NCBI GenBank assembly: GCA_008632985.1
Contig: QPGO01000033.1
Span: forward strand, 496,001 to 560,000
Reading direction: 5' to 3'
DNA length: 64,000 bases
Source: Psammoneis japonica
Lineage: Eukaryota
The position numbers and the translations under genes are program-made. Below are positions 36,300 through 47,565 of this stretch, piece by piece. The notes beneath the pieces are model-generated. The model was given only the letters and a program-made list of their open reading frames with translations. It ran no database searches and was not told the DNA's origin. Positions within the stretch are counted from its first letter, which is position 1; each line of letters opens with the position of its first letter.

Positions 36300-37680
36300 T
36301 TGTGTGAGCAGATGTCAGGGGCATTTTGGCTGTGCTGTTTTGCTTAAAAAAAAAAAGAGCTCTTGCCAATTTTTCTCCACACTCTGCTCTCAACCCTGCA
36401 CGCAGCAACCACATTTGAAAAATGTCCTGAGAGTCTCATTGAGCTGGTTGGTGCTTGAGTTTGTTGGTGAAAAACTTTGGGCCACAATGTGATGAGAAAG
36501 TGTTGAGCCAGGATTGGCTCACACTGAGGTGCACATGGTCAAAACATCACATTCATTTTTTTCATGCTGTGGCCATCAAATTTGCCACCAGCACCATTGA
36601 CACAACATTGCCAAACTGTGAGCAAACAAGCCCAGGCTGTTCATTCACAGTGCACCTGTTTTGTGTTGCCTGAAGATCAAATCACAATCTCACAAGTGGG
36701 CACTGAAGCATGAGCAAGTTGGCACAAGCAGAGCTGAAATGGCAAGATTCAGAGAGAACAGCTTGTTGTCACAAAAACACAAAAGTTGCTCTTTTCACAT
36801 GAGTGGAGAACAGCCAAGGATTGCAAAAACAACTTTGTTGTGGCTGCTGAGCAACAAACAAAACAATGAACAAAGCTCTGAACAAGCTTCACATGTTTCA
36901 CAAAACACATTGGAGCATTGATTGGCCAGGTGTTGTTGGCTGTTGTTAGTTTGCAACTGGAGAAACCAGGGAATGGAACTCATTGGCTGCATTTTTCTGC
37001 TTCTGCTGGCAACCACTTCAAAGTTGCTTTGTCACCTGTCTTTGGCAAAAATTGGTCTGTTTGTCTTGCCTGGAACTTGTCAAATGCCATTGCAGGCAGG
37101 TCAAGGTCATTTTGTCAGTTGTGCTGTTTGGCTTGAAGAAAACAAAAAGAGATTTCACCAACTTTTGTTCACACTTTGCTCTTGGCCCCACAGTTTGGGC
37201 AAGCAGAACTTTGGGCCACAACCATTGTTCTTGCTGAACTGCAAGCACAGAGGCCCAGGCTGTTGATTCAAAGTGCATTTCTTTCATGTGCCCAGAGGTC
37301 CAACAACAATCTCATGAGTGAAGTGTGAACAAGTTGGCTCACACATGCAGAGAGCTAAAACTGGCAGATTCAGAAAACATCTTGCTGTCACCAAAAACAC
37401 AAAGCTTGCCCTTTTCACACAAGCAGGTGGGCTGCCAAGGATTGCAAAGACAACTTTCTTGCAGCTGTCCAGCAACAAACAACAATGAACAAAGCTCTGA
37501 ACAAGCCTCACTTCACAAAACACACGCTGGAGCATTGACCAGGTGTTGTTGACAAACCAAAAAATGAAACACATTGGCTGCACATTCCTGCTTTTGCTGG
37601 CAACAACTCATGAGTTTGTGGTTTTTGTTTTTGGCAAGAACAAGAATCAACTTGTTTCTGTTGCCTGGAATCTGGGCACA
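36300..37680 (+). repeat. Diverged tandem duplication (units ~36300-37080 and ~37080-37680)
   Basis: gccaaggattgcaaa.acaacttt, aacaatgaacaaagctctgaacaagc (~36862 and ~37481) and aactttgggccacaa are each present twice. Confidence 0.88.
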
Positions 37681-38270
37681 TGAGAGTGAACTTCATTGGC
37701 CATGTTTTCCACTTTGGGACAGAAAGAAAGCACCAGTGAAAAACAAAAATCAAATCATCTGCACATGCTTCATTTGCTGTCACTTGGGTTGGTCTTGTTT
37801 GTGGCACCATTTGCTGTGCTGTTGTTTTGAGGGAAAAGTGCAGCAACACACATGGTCTCCTCTTTTTTCTCTTGAATTTGTGTCACTTTTTCTCCACAAG
37901 TTCTTCTAGAACATCTTGCATGCTGGGAAGGGGGTCAGCGACATCTTGTCCCATCAAGCACTTGCATTTCATTGCCAAACATTCCAGTGAAGGTGAGCAC
38001 TTCTTTGCCATCTCTTTTGTGTGACTGCTTTGTGCTCTTCTTTTCTCACAAGCAAGAGTGCCATGTTGACAATGGGCTCCCCCATGCCTCACAAGAAACC
38101 TCCAATGCTGGGAGTGCCACCCCCCATGCCTTGTCTCAATGAGTTTCACACTTGACATCATCAGGCAGTTGTTGAATGCATGCAAAGACTCTCCTCTTGT
38201 TGATGTGTCTGCAAGAGTGACACCACCATCTCAAAAACATTTTCAGCAGCCATCCTTTCCACTCTGGGTT

Positions 38271-38745
38271 CATGGTGAAGAGAGGGCCACCAATCATTGT
38301 TGATTTGAAACATCCCAAGATCCTGTTGGTCCAGATGAATTCTTTTTCACTCAACAAGTTGCACTTTCTGCTTGGGTCCTCAATGTGACAGTTTGCCCCC
38401 TTGCTTGAGACCAACACCCACATTCACAAGAATTTGACCTGTGACAGTGTTGATTTGCATTGCTCCTCCACAATCAGAAAGAGCCAATGTGGGAGGAGAG
38501 TTCATGTGGGCAAGCAGATTGCAGAGTTGCTTTGTGCCAGCAACACCTTTTTTGCTCATTCTTTGCAATTTGCGTGAAAGAAAGAGACAATGGGAGTTCT
38601 CTTTAAGTGCACTTCTTCCTGGAAGATCAAAGCTTTGTCAGCTGTTGAGACTCCAGAATGCCCCATGCCAGCACCATGCCAGTTGTCCTTCAGAACAATG
38701 CCTCTCTGTGCATGACCTGTTCTCACTTGGCACTGTCTCATCTCT
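38271..38745 (-). pseudogene. Decayed coding segment paralogous to 35076-35595
   Basis: Shared catggtgaa.agagggccac, gacagtttgccccc, cattcacaagaatttga and tctcacttggcac blocks. Confidence 0.6.
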
Positions 38746-41700
38746 CTTGCTGCAAGCTTGAGGCTTTCTTCCACTGAAGCTGCTCAAGCATTGCCAACCA
38801 TTGAGATTGTGGCTCATCTGCTGACCATGCAATTGGGTCATTCAAGACAGACATGGGTGGAAAGCTCATGTGTGCCCACAGAGCCAGCACAATGAGTGTC
38901 AAACTTGCGTGCAATCTGGTGCTGTCGCTTTGAAGCATTGTTGATCAAACAAGCTGTGTGGCTGTTGGATGCACACAAAATGCACTTGTTGCGTCTTTGC
39001 ACTTGTGGACACAAAAAATGAGGGCTTTGTTGTCAGGTCATTTTTTCCATTGGAGCGCAACATTTCTTCCTTGGTGCTGTTGATGGTGTGTTGTGTGTCC
39101 AAATGCTGCTCTGGCACTGTCAGAAGAGGAGGACTTGCCCTGAGCTGAAACTGGCTTCTTCCAATGGCATCAGCACATGATGAGCAAACTTGTCCCAAAT
39201 GGGATGCATCACATGAAGTGTTTCACTCTCTCCAACAGACATTGGCACACTTGATTGTGGGTTCTTCTGACACCTCCACAATGGAATCTCAATGTGCGTG
39301 CAGACAAGATTGCACTGCTGGCTGGTGTCAAATGTTGCGTGCAGGGGACACTTTGTCAGTGCCTCGCACGTGCCACACTGCCTGGCAAATTTGTTGATCC
39401 AAGGCTGCTCAACAACACTCAACAGCTGCACATCAAAGTGCAAGTCTGTCTTGCAAAGCTTCAGATCCAGCCCTTTAAAAGCACATGCAGGAGAAGTGTG
39501 GGTGGTTTGATGAGGTGTGTTTGAAAAAATTGATTTGCAAGTGGGCCTGTGCTCCAGGTTGATGTCTCACAACATGCACTGCAAAGCCAGCTGGCACAGT
39601 CAAGCTGCAGCAAAGGAATTGCTGCCCACTGATGAGATTGTCCATTGATGTAATCTCAGTCACCCTGATTGATGCGTTTGTCATTGACGTCCTGTGTGGC
39701 AAACCACAATTGCATCCTCTGGTGTTCTCACAACAAAGCATGGAGACAACCACTCCTCCAAAGTTTGCACAAGGAGTGCAACACCAGTCACATTTTCCAT
39801 CCTCTTCATGACTTGCCCCCATCTGCTCTTGACTCTTGGCTTTAAGAGGGAAGATCTTGCGCCCCCAGAAAACACACAATGCAGTGCACAAGCAGCAGCA
39901 GCTTCTCAGGATGATGATGCCACATTGCAGCACCATGTCTTCAATGGTCATTTTTCCATCTTGTGGAACAAGGCTCAGCTCTCATGGCTGCACGCTGCTG
40001 GAAAATGGGCTGTTTTGCCAGTGCCAAGGTTCAGGAGAAACTTGGCACTGGGCTGGGCTGCTGTGATTGGAGACATTGTTTGGCACCAGCAGCAGGACAT
40101 GTGGGACCCTCACATGATGATGCCATCCATGGTGAGCACAATGCAGAAGAAACCAGAAAGAAGTCAGCACAGCATCATGAGGGCCCATGATGTGCAAAAG
40201 CTGAAGTGGGGGCAATTCGCTTGAGGGCTGGTGCCTGTCATGAGACAGGGTGCACTCACTCCTTGATTTGCCAGGCAACAACCTCGCCACTCCTCACTCA
40301 ACACATTGGCAGAGAAATTGGTGGCCACAGTCAAACAAATGTCCAAGTCAAGCACTCAGGAGGCTCAAAAGTTTGCCACCAGAGGCACACACCGATGCTG
40401 TCACTTGTTTTGGCACCAATCTTTTAGCTGGCTGTTGTTGTTGTGCACTCCTGCTGCCACACCACAAGTGCCACTGGGGGAGTCAGTGATTTTGGCTCAT
40501 TGCTGGCTGGGGTTGCTGGGCACCAGAAGTGTGGCAACAATCAAAACACTGATTTTGGTTTGTTCATGCCTTTCTGGCACTTGCACTTGCTGAATCCTTT
40601 TCCATTGGGTGTCAAAGGCAAAGACCATTCCTGGCTGTTGACAGCACTGCACACATGCGCACAGTTTTCCGCAGCTTGTGTTGTGCCCTGTGGCAGCATT
40701 TTGTTTGTCACAAAAGGTGCTTGGCTCACTTTCAGTTTTTGGCGGTTGTGTTCTGCATGGCATCTTTGCTGGTGCACGGTGCACATGCTCTGACGAAAGT
40801 TGGGGGTCAACTTGGTTTTGACTGAAATGAGCTGGTGAGAGCTGTTCTCCTGGTTTGCTGGGTGCTGTGCTCTGTTTCCAACAACACTGGAGGAGTTGTC
40901 ATCATGAGGAGCCAAAACTCTGTGCTGTGCACAACAATGCACACACTGCCACCATGAATTGGCTGAGATGAGCCACTGGACAGATCTCATGTTGTGTCAT
41001 GACAACAAGGTGCAAATCCTGCAAACCAAAATAAAAGAAAAAATGGTCACCAAAATTTGAGTTGAGTTTTCTAGCATGTTGGTTCCTCCTTTGGCAGGAA
41101 CTCTGGACATGAAGTGAGGAGGCGTGGAGCCCAGGTTGGATCATGTCATCATGATGCACATGAGCATTGAATTTTAGAGCTTGCCCCTCAACTGGTCACC
41201 TGCCATTTTCAAAAGTGTTGTGCTGTCAAATTAAAATGTCAAACACACTCAATGGGGCATCAAAACAAAATGTGCTCAGTTTTGAACATGTTGCAATCAT
41301 GTCCAAGCCAGTGGCTGCTGTTGACACACAAATTGTTTGTTGCACATGGCCTGGTGCTCTCCTCAGCAAAGTGGCAGCTGCTTGATTTCTTCTGTGGATG
41401 TTCCACTCTGCTGTTGCAGTGCACAATTCCGTGGGAGAGGGATCTGGAGTTGCTGTCTCCTTTGCAGTCAAATGGGCTGGAGTCCACTGTGGCAAAGCAC
41501 CCCTTGACATTGCACAGCACATCAAGCAGGAACAGTGCAGGGCAACTGTGCCAACGTGCTCTTCTTGTCACAGTCAAGCCACTTGCAGGCCTTCTTGATG
41601 TCTGGAACATCTGGTCCAATGTTGTGAGTGAGACAAAACAAAACAGCCCTGGTGGCTTGTTTTGGGCAGAAAAGTTTGCTTCTGCTTGGCCCCTTTCCTC

Positions 41701-43166
41701 AGGGCTTGTTCTTCTTTGGCTAAGCACAAAACAAAAGATGTTGATTGAGCAACATCCTGGCTGCATGAAAATGGAGATGATGAGTGCACCTTCACACAAG
41801 AATCTGAAAGGGCCACAACAATGACCCCACCCAGCTTCAAACATGTTGCCAAGATTGGAGAGCACCTTCTAACTTTGACATTGGCAAGAACAGCCTTGTC
41901 AGTTATGAAGAAAAATTGCCATGGCACTGTGCCAGTTTGCCAGTGGCTGGCAAAGCAGCTCATGTTTTTGACGGAGAAAACACTGAGATCATGCCTGATG
42001 CACCCCAGCTTTGCAAGGCTGTGGCAGTGCATGGGGGCATGTGTGTTGCCCAAACTTGATGCAAGCAGCTGCAAGAGCACAGCCTCTTGCTTTTGTGCAC
42101 TGACAACATGTCACTTGTGAATGTTGGTGCTGACAATGACCTCCTCTTCAAATTCTGTGGTTCTCCTCCTTTGATGGAAATGGCTCGGCTGATTTGCTCC
42201 AGCTTTGGGCAGGACCTTGCAGCACTGGACTGTGACAGAATGATTTTTGATCATCATGTGCTGCACAAAAGTCATGTGCATTTTTGCACATGCACTCTTT
42301 TGCAAAATTGTTGCACTCATCCTGTTTTGTGAAGCTGGCAGAATTTCACTTTGGCCACTCTTTTGAGAACAAGATTGGACTGGTCCCTTTTTTAGTGTCA
42401 GAAGAACAAAGCTGCTCTGAGCACCACCAGAAATGATGCACTTCAGGCATGTGGGTGCTTGAAGTTGATCATGGAATTGCCTCTTTTTCTGTTGGCAATC
42501 ATCAGCTTGCTCACACTGCCTGGTGATTTCTTTGACTTCTTGTCACAGAGCTCACCACATGCACAGAGCTCTCTTGGCAATGTCACATGGCAGCACCTCA
42601 CCCAGGCAGGCACATGTTGGCTCTGAAGGTTTGCTGTGCTCTTCAAGAGAGACTTCCCACCATGCAAACAACTGCATTTTGCATTTTTGTCAGTGTGCAC
42701 TGCCAGCACCCACAGCCCACAACTGCTTGTGGAAACTGCAACTGAGCCACAAGAAGCCACCAGATTGGCAGCGTTTCTGTGATTTGGAAGGAAGGGGTGC
42801 CTTTGACTTCTCTGCTTTTTTTTTGCCAGCACCTGAAGGGTCACCCACTGTAGCATGCAGCTGCATGATGTAAGTGCTGTGGCCCTCACTTGCTTGCCCC
42901 CTGCTTGGTGTCGATGGTGCTTGACGCTTCTGATTTCTGCCGCAAATTTTTGGCGCGAGGCGGCGGGCGAGAAATCCTCAGACAGCAGATGCGAGTGCGA
43001 GATGAGCGTCTGCAGTGTCGTTGAAAGCAGCTCACTGTTGATGCCAGAGCCTGAGCTCTTAAACTACGGCATATGACTTGAGTGCTGCATATAGAAGGGA
43101 TTGCTTCAGTACAAAATCTCTACCAGCTGAAATCGTTATAGAAATATAGTCTCACCGGTGGTTCTC

Positions 43167-44543
43167 ATGCAAACGTGTGACAGGAGGTATCTACACGGTC
43201 GGTTTCTGAAACTGCTTCTGATGGCTTTTTTCCAAACTGTGCGAGGCTTCATCGTTGTGCGACATGGAATTCAACGACGGGCCATGTCCTCCAGTAGTGC
43301 CGTGCTTGCCAGTACAGTAGAGAATGAACTTCTGGATCCTCAAGAACTGTGCAACGGGACGATTCCGTATCCGAAATCCCTCTCTCCGTCAGCTATCATG
43401 GAGTTTAAGAACTGGTAAGTAAGATGCCGTATACTGTATCACTGAAATTGATTGTGTATGGCTGAAAAAGATATTGCTCGGGTTTGGAGCATTATCTGAC
43501 TTTCTTTAAATCCTTACTTGCGTTTCAGTCCTCAGAGCTTCTTGTTTCAGTACTTGTACGGCTTGAGGCAGCCCACCAATCTCGCCTTGGCAAAGGGCAG
43601 CATGTGTCACGAAGCTCTCGAGAAGCTGTTTGATTTGGATCCACCAGATCGTACGTTGGAACATTTACAAAACTTGTTTCGCTCGAGTTGGGCACAACAT
43701 CGAAATACTGAGAAATACCGACACTTGTTTGAATCAGACGATAACACGTGGGACATTGAAAAGGAACGAGAGTGGGGCAAAGACGGGCTGCAGTTGTTGG
43801 AGAACTATTATCGCGTCGAAGATCCAAAGAAGATCTTGAGACCGAACCCAATGCAAAGAGAAGTGTGGGTGTCCAAGAAACTATCACTTGATCCAACACG
43901 CGGTGTAACCTACCCAGCACGAGAGGAAAACGGGGAGGACGACGGCTCGTCCTTTTTGGTGAGAGGGATCGTTGATCGTCTCGACATGATCAAGTTGGGG
44001 AAATCAAAAGTGGCTTTGCGCATAGTTGATTACAAGGTGAGTGCGTTTGGGTCTCCTATTCGTTCTCTGTCCCGTCTATCTACGATTGGGCTGACCTTTT
44101 CTACTGTTCTCTGCGTTACTGTATGGAACTCTAACAAGACGGGGAAAGCACCTGACTTCAAATATTCTCCCGACTTCAATGAAAAAATTGCGGATGAAGC
44201 CTTTTATCAGTTGAAAATTTATGCCTTGCTACTCCGTGAGAGAGGCGGAAGTGTCGAATCTAACTCGATAGATTTACGAATGTTACGCCTCTTCTTTTTA
44301 ACATCGGTTTCAGGTCGAGGGATGTATCTCGATATGGATTTGGGTGAAACGCAAGAAGAACGAGACGCAGTCTTGCAAGATATCCACCGCGACTTGTCAA
44401 AGGTATGGACATCAATTCATGAACTGGTCGACACTCAGGATCCAAAAGCCTTCAAGCACTGTGATCGGTCCTTTTGCTATTGCCATAAGTGCCGCTTGAA
44501 TTTTTTGCCGGGAACCTTATGGGAGAAGGAGTCAGAAATCTAG
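43167..44543 (+). CDS. PD-(D/E)xK RecB/AddB-family nuclease with Cys cluster, probably organelle-targeted; 3 exons; start uncertain
   Basis: LSPSAIMEFKNC|PQ, GSMCHEALE, RGIVDRLD, IVDYK|TGK, QLKIYALL, CDRSFCYCHKC. Confidence 0.85.
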
Positions 44544-44756
44544 GTTACAAAGTTTTGTTCATTACAATAGAGCCAAATATCTACCATTCCAATCATTCTT
44601 TTTTCGCCGTGTACAATACTTAGGTGTCACCTCCTGAGCGACAAGAGACCAAAGAGCCGTTCCAAGCAATGAAGAGTCAATCACTGATTCTTTCAGCCCA
44701 GCTTAAGTAAGCTACAACGAGAGATCCAGTAACAATGACCCATGTGGTTCTCCCCT

Positions 44757-45590
44757 CTAACGAAATGCCGTCGTGACGTTCAAGATTCGTTCGCGCCTAA
44801 CGATTCTCGGCCTCGATTCACCATGAATGGTTCCCAAGCAAGGCCGAGTAGGTATGTCGCATTGCTTTACCGGTAGCAAATCATCACCAAGATCTTCAGT
44901 AGACGGCAGCGAATCATTTGATTGCATACGTCGATGACTTGAATTTGAATTTTTCTTACTTCCGCTAGTAGTACGTTTGAAGCTGGGAGACGATTCGTTA
45001 GGATGGACAATATTGGTTCGGTTTCCGAATACCTTACGCCCAATTCCCGATCTCAATTTGACTGGATTGGAACCTTTCTGTAGGCTGGTGTTTGTGGAAA
45101 TCGCGATACAAGAAGGGATGCTGTTCTCCTTGTTGTCACAGAACGGGGTGAATGACGATGGCGCCGGAGAAAGTGGAGGGATCATATTGTTATTCTCTTT
45201 TCTGGAAAGAGGTGGTAGTGGAGATGAGGAATAGCTTTCCTTTATTCTTTGGCGAGAAGAATGATCTGTGGCGTTGCTTTTCGTAGAGCCCGGAGAAGAT
45301 ATGGCATTCTTGTGAACGTCGTACCGATGCCGCTGAGGGCGTGGAAACGACGGCGTCAGAGGTAAGTCGAGTGCCTTGATTTCGGGTGAAGACGCCGCTT
45401 TGATTGCCTCCTCTGCCCCTAATCTTCTTCTCAATGGGCGTGGTGTCGATTCTGGAGGCGGAGGTACGGACTTTTGTTCATCTAGCCAAAGATACTCATT
45501 GTCCACTACCGATTCAGAATCTTCCAGACCGAAGTCGAGGAAGCTATCCAAGCTGGACAAACTACAGCTCCTTCGATGTGAAACTGTCAT
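44757..45590 (-). CDS. Hypothetical Ser/Pro-rich low-complexity protein
   Basis: 277-aa ORF with no recognisable domain. Confidence 0.6.
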   Translation of the reverse strand: MTVSHRRSCSLSSLDSFLDFGLEDSESVVDNEYLWLDEQKSVPPPPESTPRPLRRRLGAEEAIKAASSPEIKALDLPLTPSFPRPQRHRYDVHKNAISSPGSTKSNATDHSSRQRIKESYSSSPLPPLSRKENNNMIPPLSPAPSSFTPFCDNKENSIPSCIAISTNTSLQKGSNPVKLRSGIGRKVFGNRTNIVHPNESSPSFKRTTSGSKKNSNSSHRRMQSNDSLPSTEDLGDDLLPVKQCDIPTRPCLGTIHGESRPRIVRRERILNVTTAFR

Positions 45591-46281
45591 ATCCGCCTAG
45601 GCTGTTCACAGATCTTGATTGCAGAGTTGATCGCACTTGCGCCGCAACAACATGGGTAAATGGAAGAGTGTTGCTTTTTTGCCGAAAACGAAAACGCCGT
45701 TGTAATTTGTGAGGAAAACAACCGTTCTAAAGATATACGTTGCTATAAAAACATATATTTATTTTGCTCCATAGTTCCACCTCATCCGTTGATTTTTCTA
45801 TTTAACGACCTTCCTTCCGTGCGAACTGCTACCAACCGCTTCGAATTTTTTTGAAATCGACTGACGACAGGAAGAATGAAGAATCATCGCATCCATCAAT
45901 CACCCCCCCGTCCAAATGGTATAGTAGAGCTAGCAATATGTGACGTCGGCTTGTGGGATGAAAGATTTCGATAGGAAGAGCATGGAGGTGGGGCAATTCT
46001 GAAAGTAGAACTTGTCGATAGTGCCTGCAACTACCGTATTTCTAAAAAGGTGTTCATCTCTAGAGCTACAGAGGTAGTAGAGAGAATTGATTCAGAAAGT
46101 ACGCATTTCAGGCTGCACGGAACAGCAGGGATGCAATTCCTTTTGGAATCTACAATTTAATAAGCTGTTGTCTTGTCACTCGACAAGGCTAAACTACAGT
46201 ACACGGTACACCACACTACGACGCATCACAAGTTGGAAGTCCATAACATGAAACAAAAATTCATCTCGCCTAGCCCAGGTT

Positions 46282-47025
46282 CTAATGCAACCTAGCCCCG
46301 AGTTTGGCTTCTCTGTCTTTTGTCATGACGGGTTTAAGGGAGGGGATACATCCATGAAAGCGCGCATCCACCTCTTTTCGGGTCCCCATTCGAAGCACAT
46401 AGTTCGGTTCGCTTTGACCATGGGCTTCTTCAATCGTTGCAGAGCAATACTTAATATCCTTTTCTTTGTTATTGTTGCTTTCACCGAACAAATGATTCCA
46501 CGTGTTGGTCCATAGGACAAATTCATTATCCCCTCTGCGTTCAAAACTTGATAATTCTAAGTTTTTCTCCTCGTGCCCCGGCTTCTTTACTGACCAAGTC
46601 TGTTCTCCCGCATACGTCCCTGGAAAGACGACGACTTCTTTGATGATAATGATGGTCTCGATATCTAGTAGACAGGATCACGGATACAAGAGAACGGTGC
46701 ATGCGTAAGAAAGCGATAAAGTAGCTTCGTAACTTCCGGGAGAAGCTGCACCTCTTACCGGAACGTCTCCCGAATAGCGGCCTTCGAATAGTATCGTACA
46801 TGAAGTCTTCACAAGGATTGGGACGGTCTTCATCACGGAACAGAATGTGAGCTCTGTCCCGTTTTCATATTCTGCAACGTAAACGCTGTCAAGGTTGTTT
46901 CGGCGCTTCAAGTCTTCCGCTGGAACTGCTAAGCACGGCAAATGGCCCTTGCTTCTGATTCGCTCGATATCCTCTTGAGAAGCTACCTCAAGATCTTCTG
47001 CTGGTGCGCTGCATGCGGCACCCAT
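46282..47025 (-). CDS. Hypothetical protein with N-myristoylation/palmitoylation-like N-terminus; 1 intron; apparent frameshift at ~46845
   Basis: MGAAC start; frames join as ..ELTF..DEDRPNPCEDFMYDTIRRPLFGR|..DIETIII..WTNTWNHLFGE..GARLH*. Confidence 0.6.
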
Positions 47026-47360
47026 TCTTGTTGATCTGCTTGATGAATCGATGGGATGATACCACAATAATGAGATGAGATGGTTCTCTGCTTCGTGTAC
47101 TGTATGTTTTAGAATTCTGACATAAAAAGATCGAAGATCGCATGCAATTTTCTGGGTTCCTTCTCTTGTCCTCATCCCAAGGATTGATTCACCCGATTCA
47201 ACAAGCACCACCTTCAACTTGAGGCGCAGTTCTGATAGAGCGAATTCCGTTAAAAGGTAGCTAATCTGCGAATATGATTAATATTTAGTACTGAATATTG
47301 ATAATATATTGATAATATAATTTTACATTCTTATCATTGGCGAGGATAACGGTTTTCATT

Positions 47361-47373
47361 TTTTGGCGGGAAA
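47361..47373 (+). promoter_or_regulatory. E2F-like site TTTTGGCGGGAAA in a divergent promoter
   Basis: Matches the TTTSSCGS consensus on both strands, about 200 bp upstream of the ATG at 47566; motif match only. Confidence 0.3.
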
Positions 47374-47565
47374 GTATCGCTCTTGGGGGTGGGCGAGAAA
47401 AACAAACACACTGTACGCACCGCATAAGCTCATCTCTGTTGCAAATTCGCTTTTAGACAAGTCGAAGATAGAGTCTATTCACTTTACAATACCTCAGTTG
47501 CAACGAAAGAGTCACAAAAAGCTGGACTGGTGTCGGCGTTCTCCGCAAAGTACCGCGAAAGAACA

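Larger units (their letters stand above)
35130..42900. mobile_element. TpA- and CpG-depleted island 2 of decayed repeat/coding DNA (family not identifiable)
   Basis: Only ~25-30 TA counted by eye in ~7.7 kb; CG is also rare; TG/CA is in strong excess; no intact gene; internal duplications. Boundaries are approximate. Confidence 0.6.

Noticed and set aside
39490..39556. GAQAHLQINFFKHTSSNHPHFS resembles the N-terminus of NCLDV major capsid proteins
   Set aside because: Short gapped match in heavily mutated DNA, with no downstream capsid motifs in any frame. Worth retesting only after reverting mutations.
35130..42900. Classical fungal RIP, or an alternative genetic code, as the explanation
   Set aside because: RIP raises TpA rather than removing it. 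The depletion is frame-independent, affects non-coding repeats, and flanking genes use the standard code with Tyr and TAA/TAG.
34880..43080. Terminal inverted repeats, LTRs or target-site duplication around island 2
   Set aside because: None found by eye, so the element class is left unassigned.
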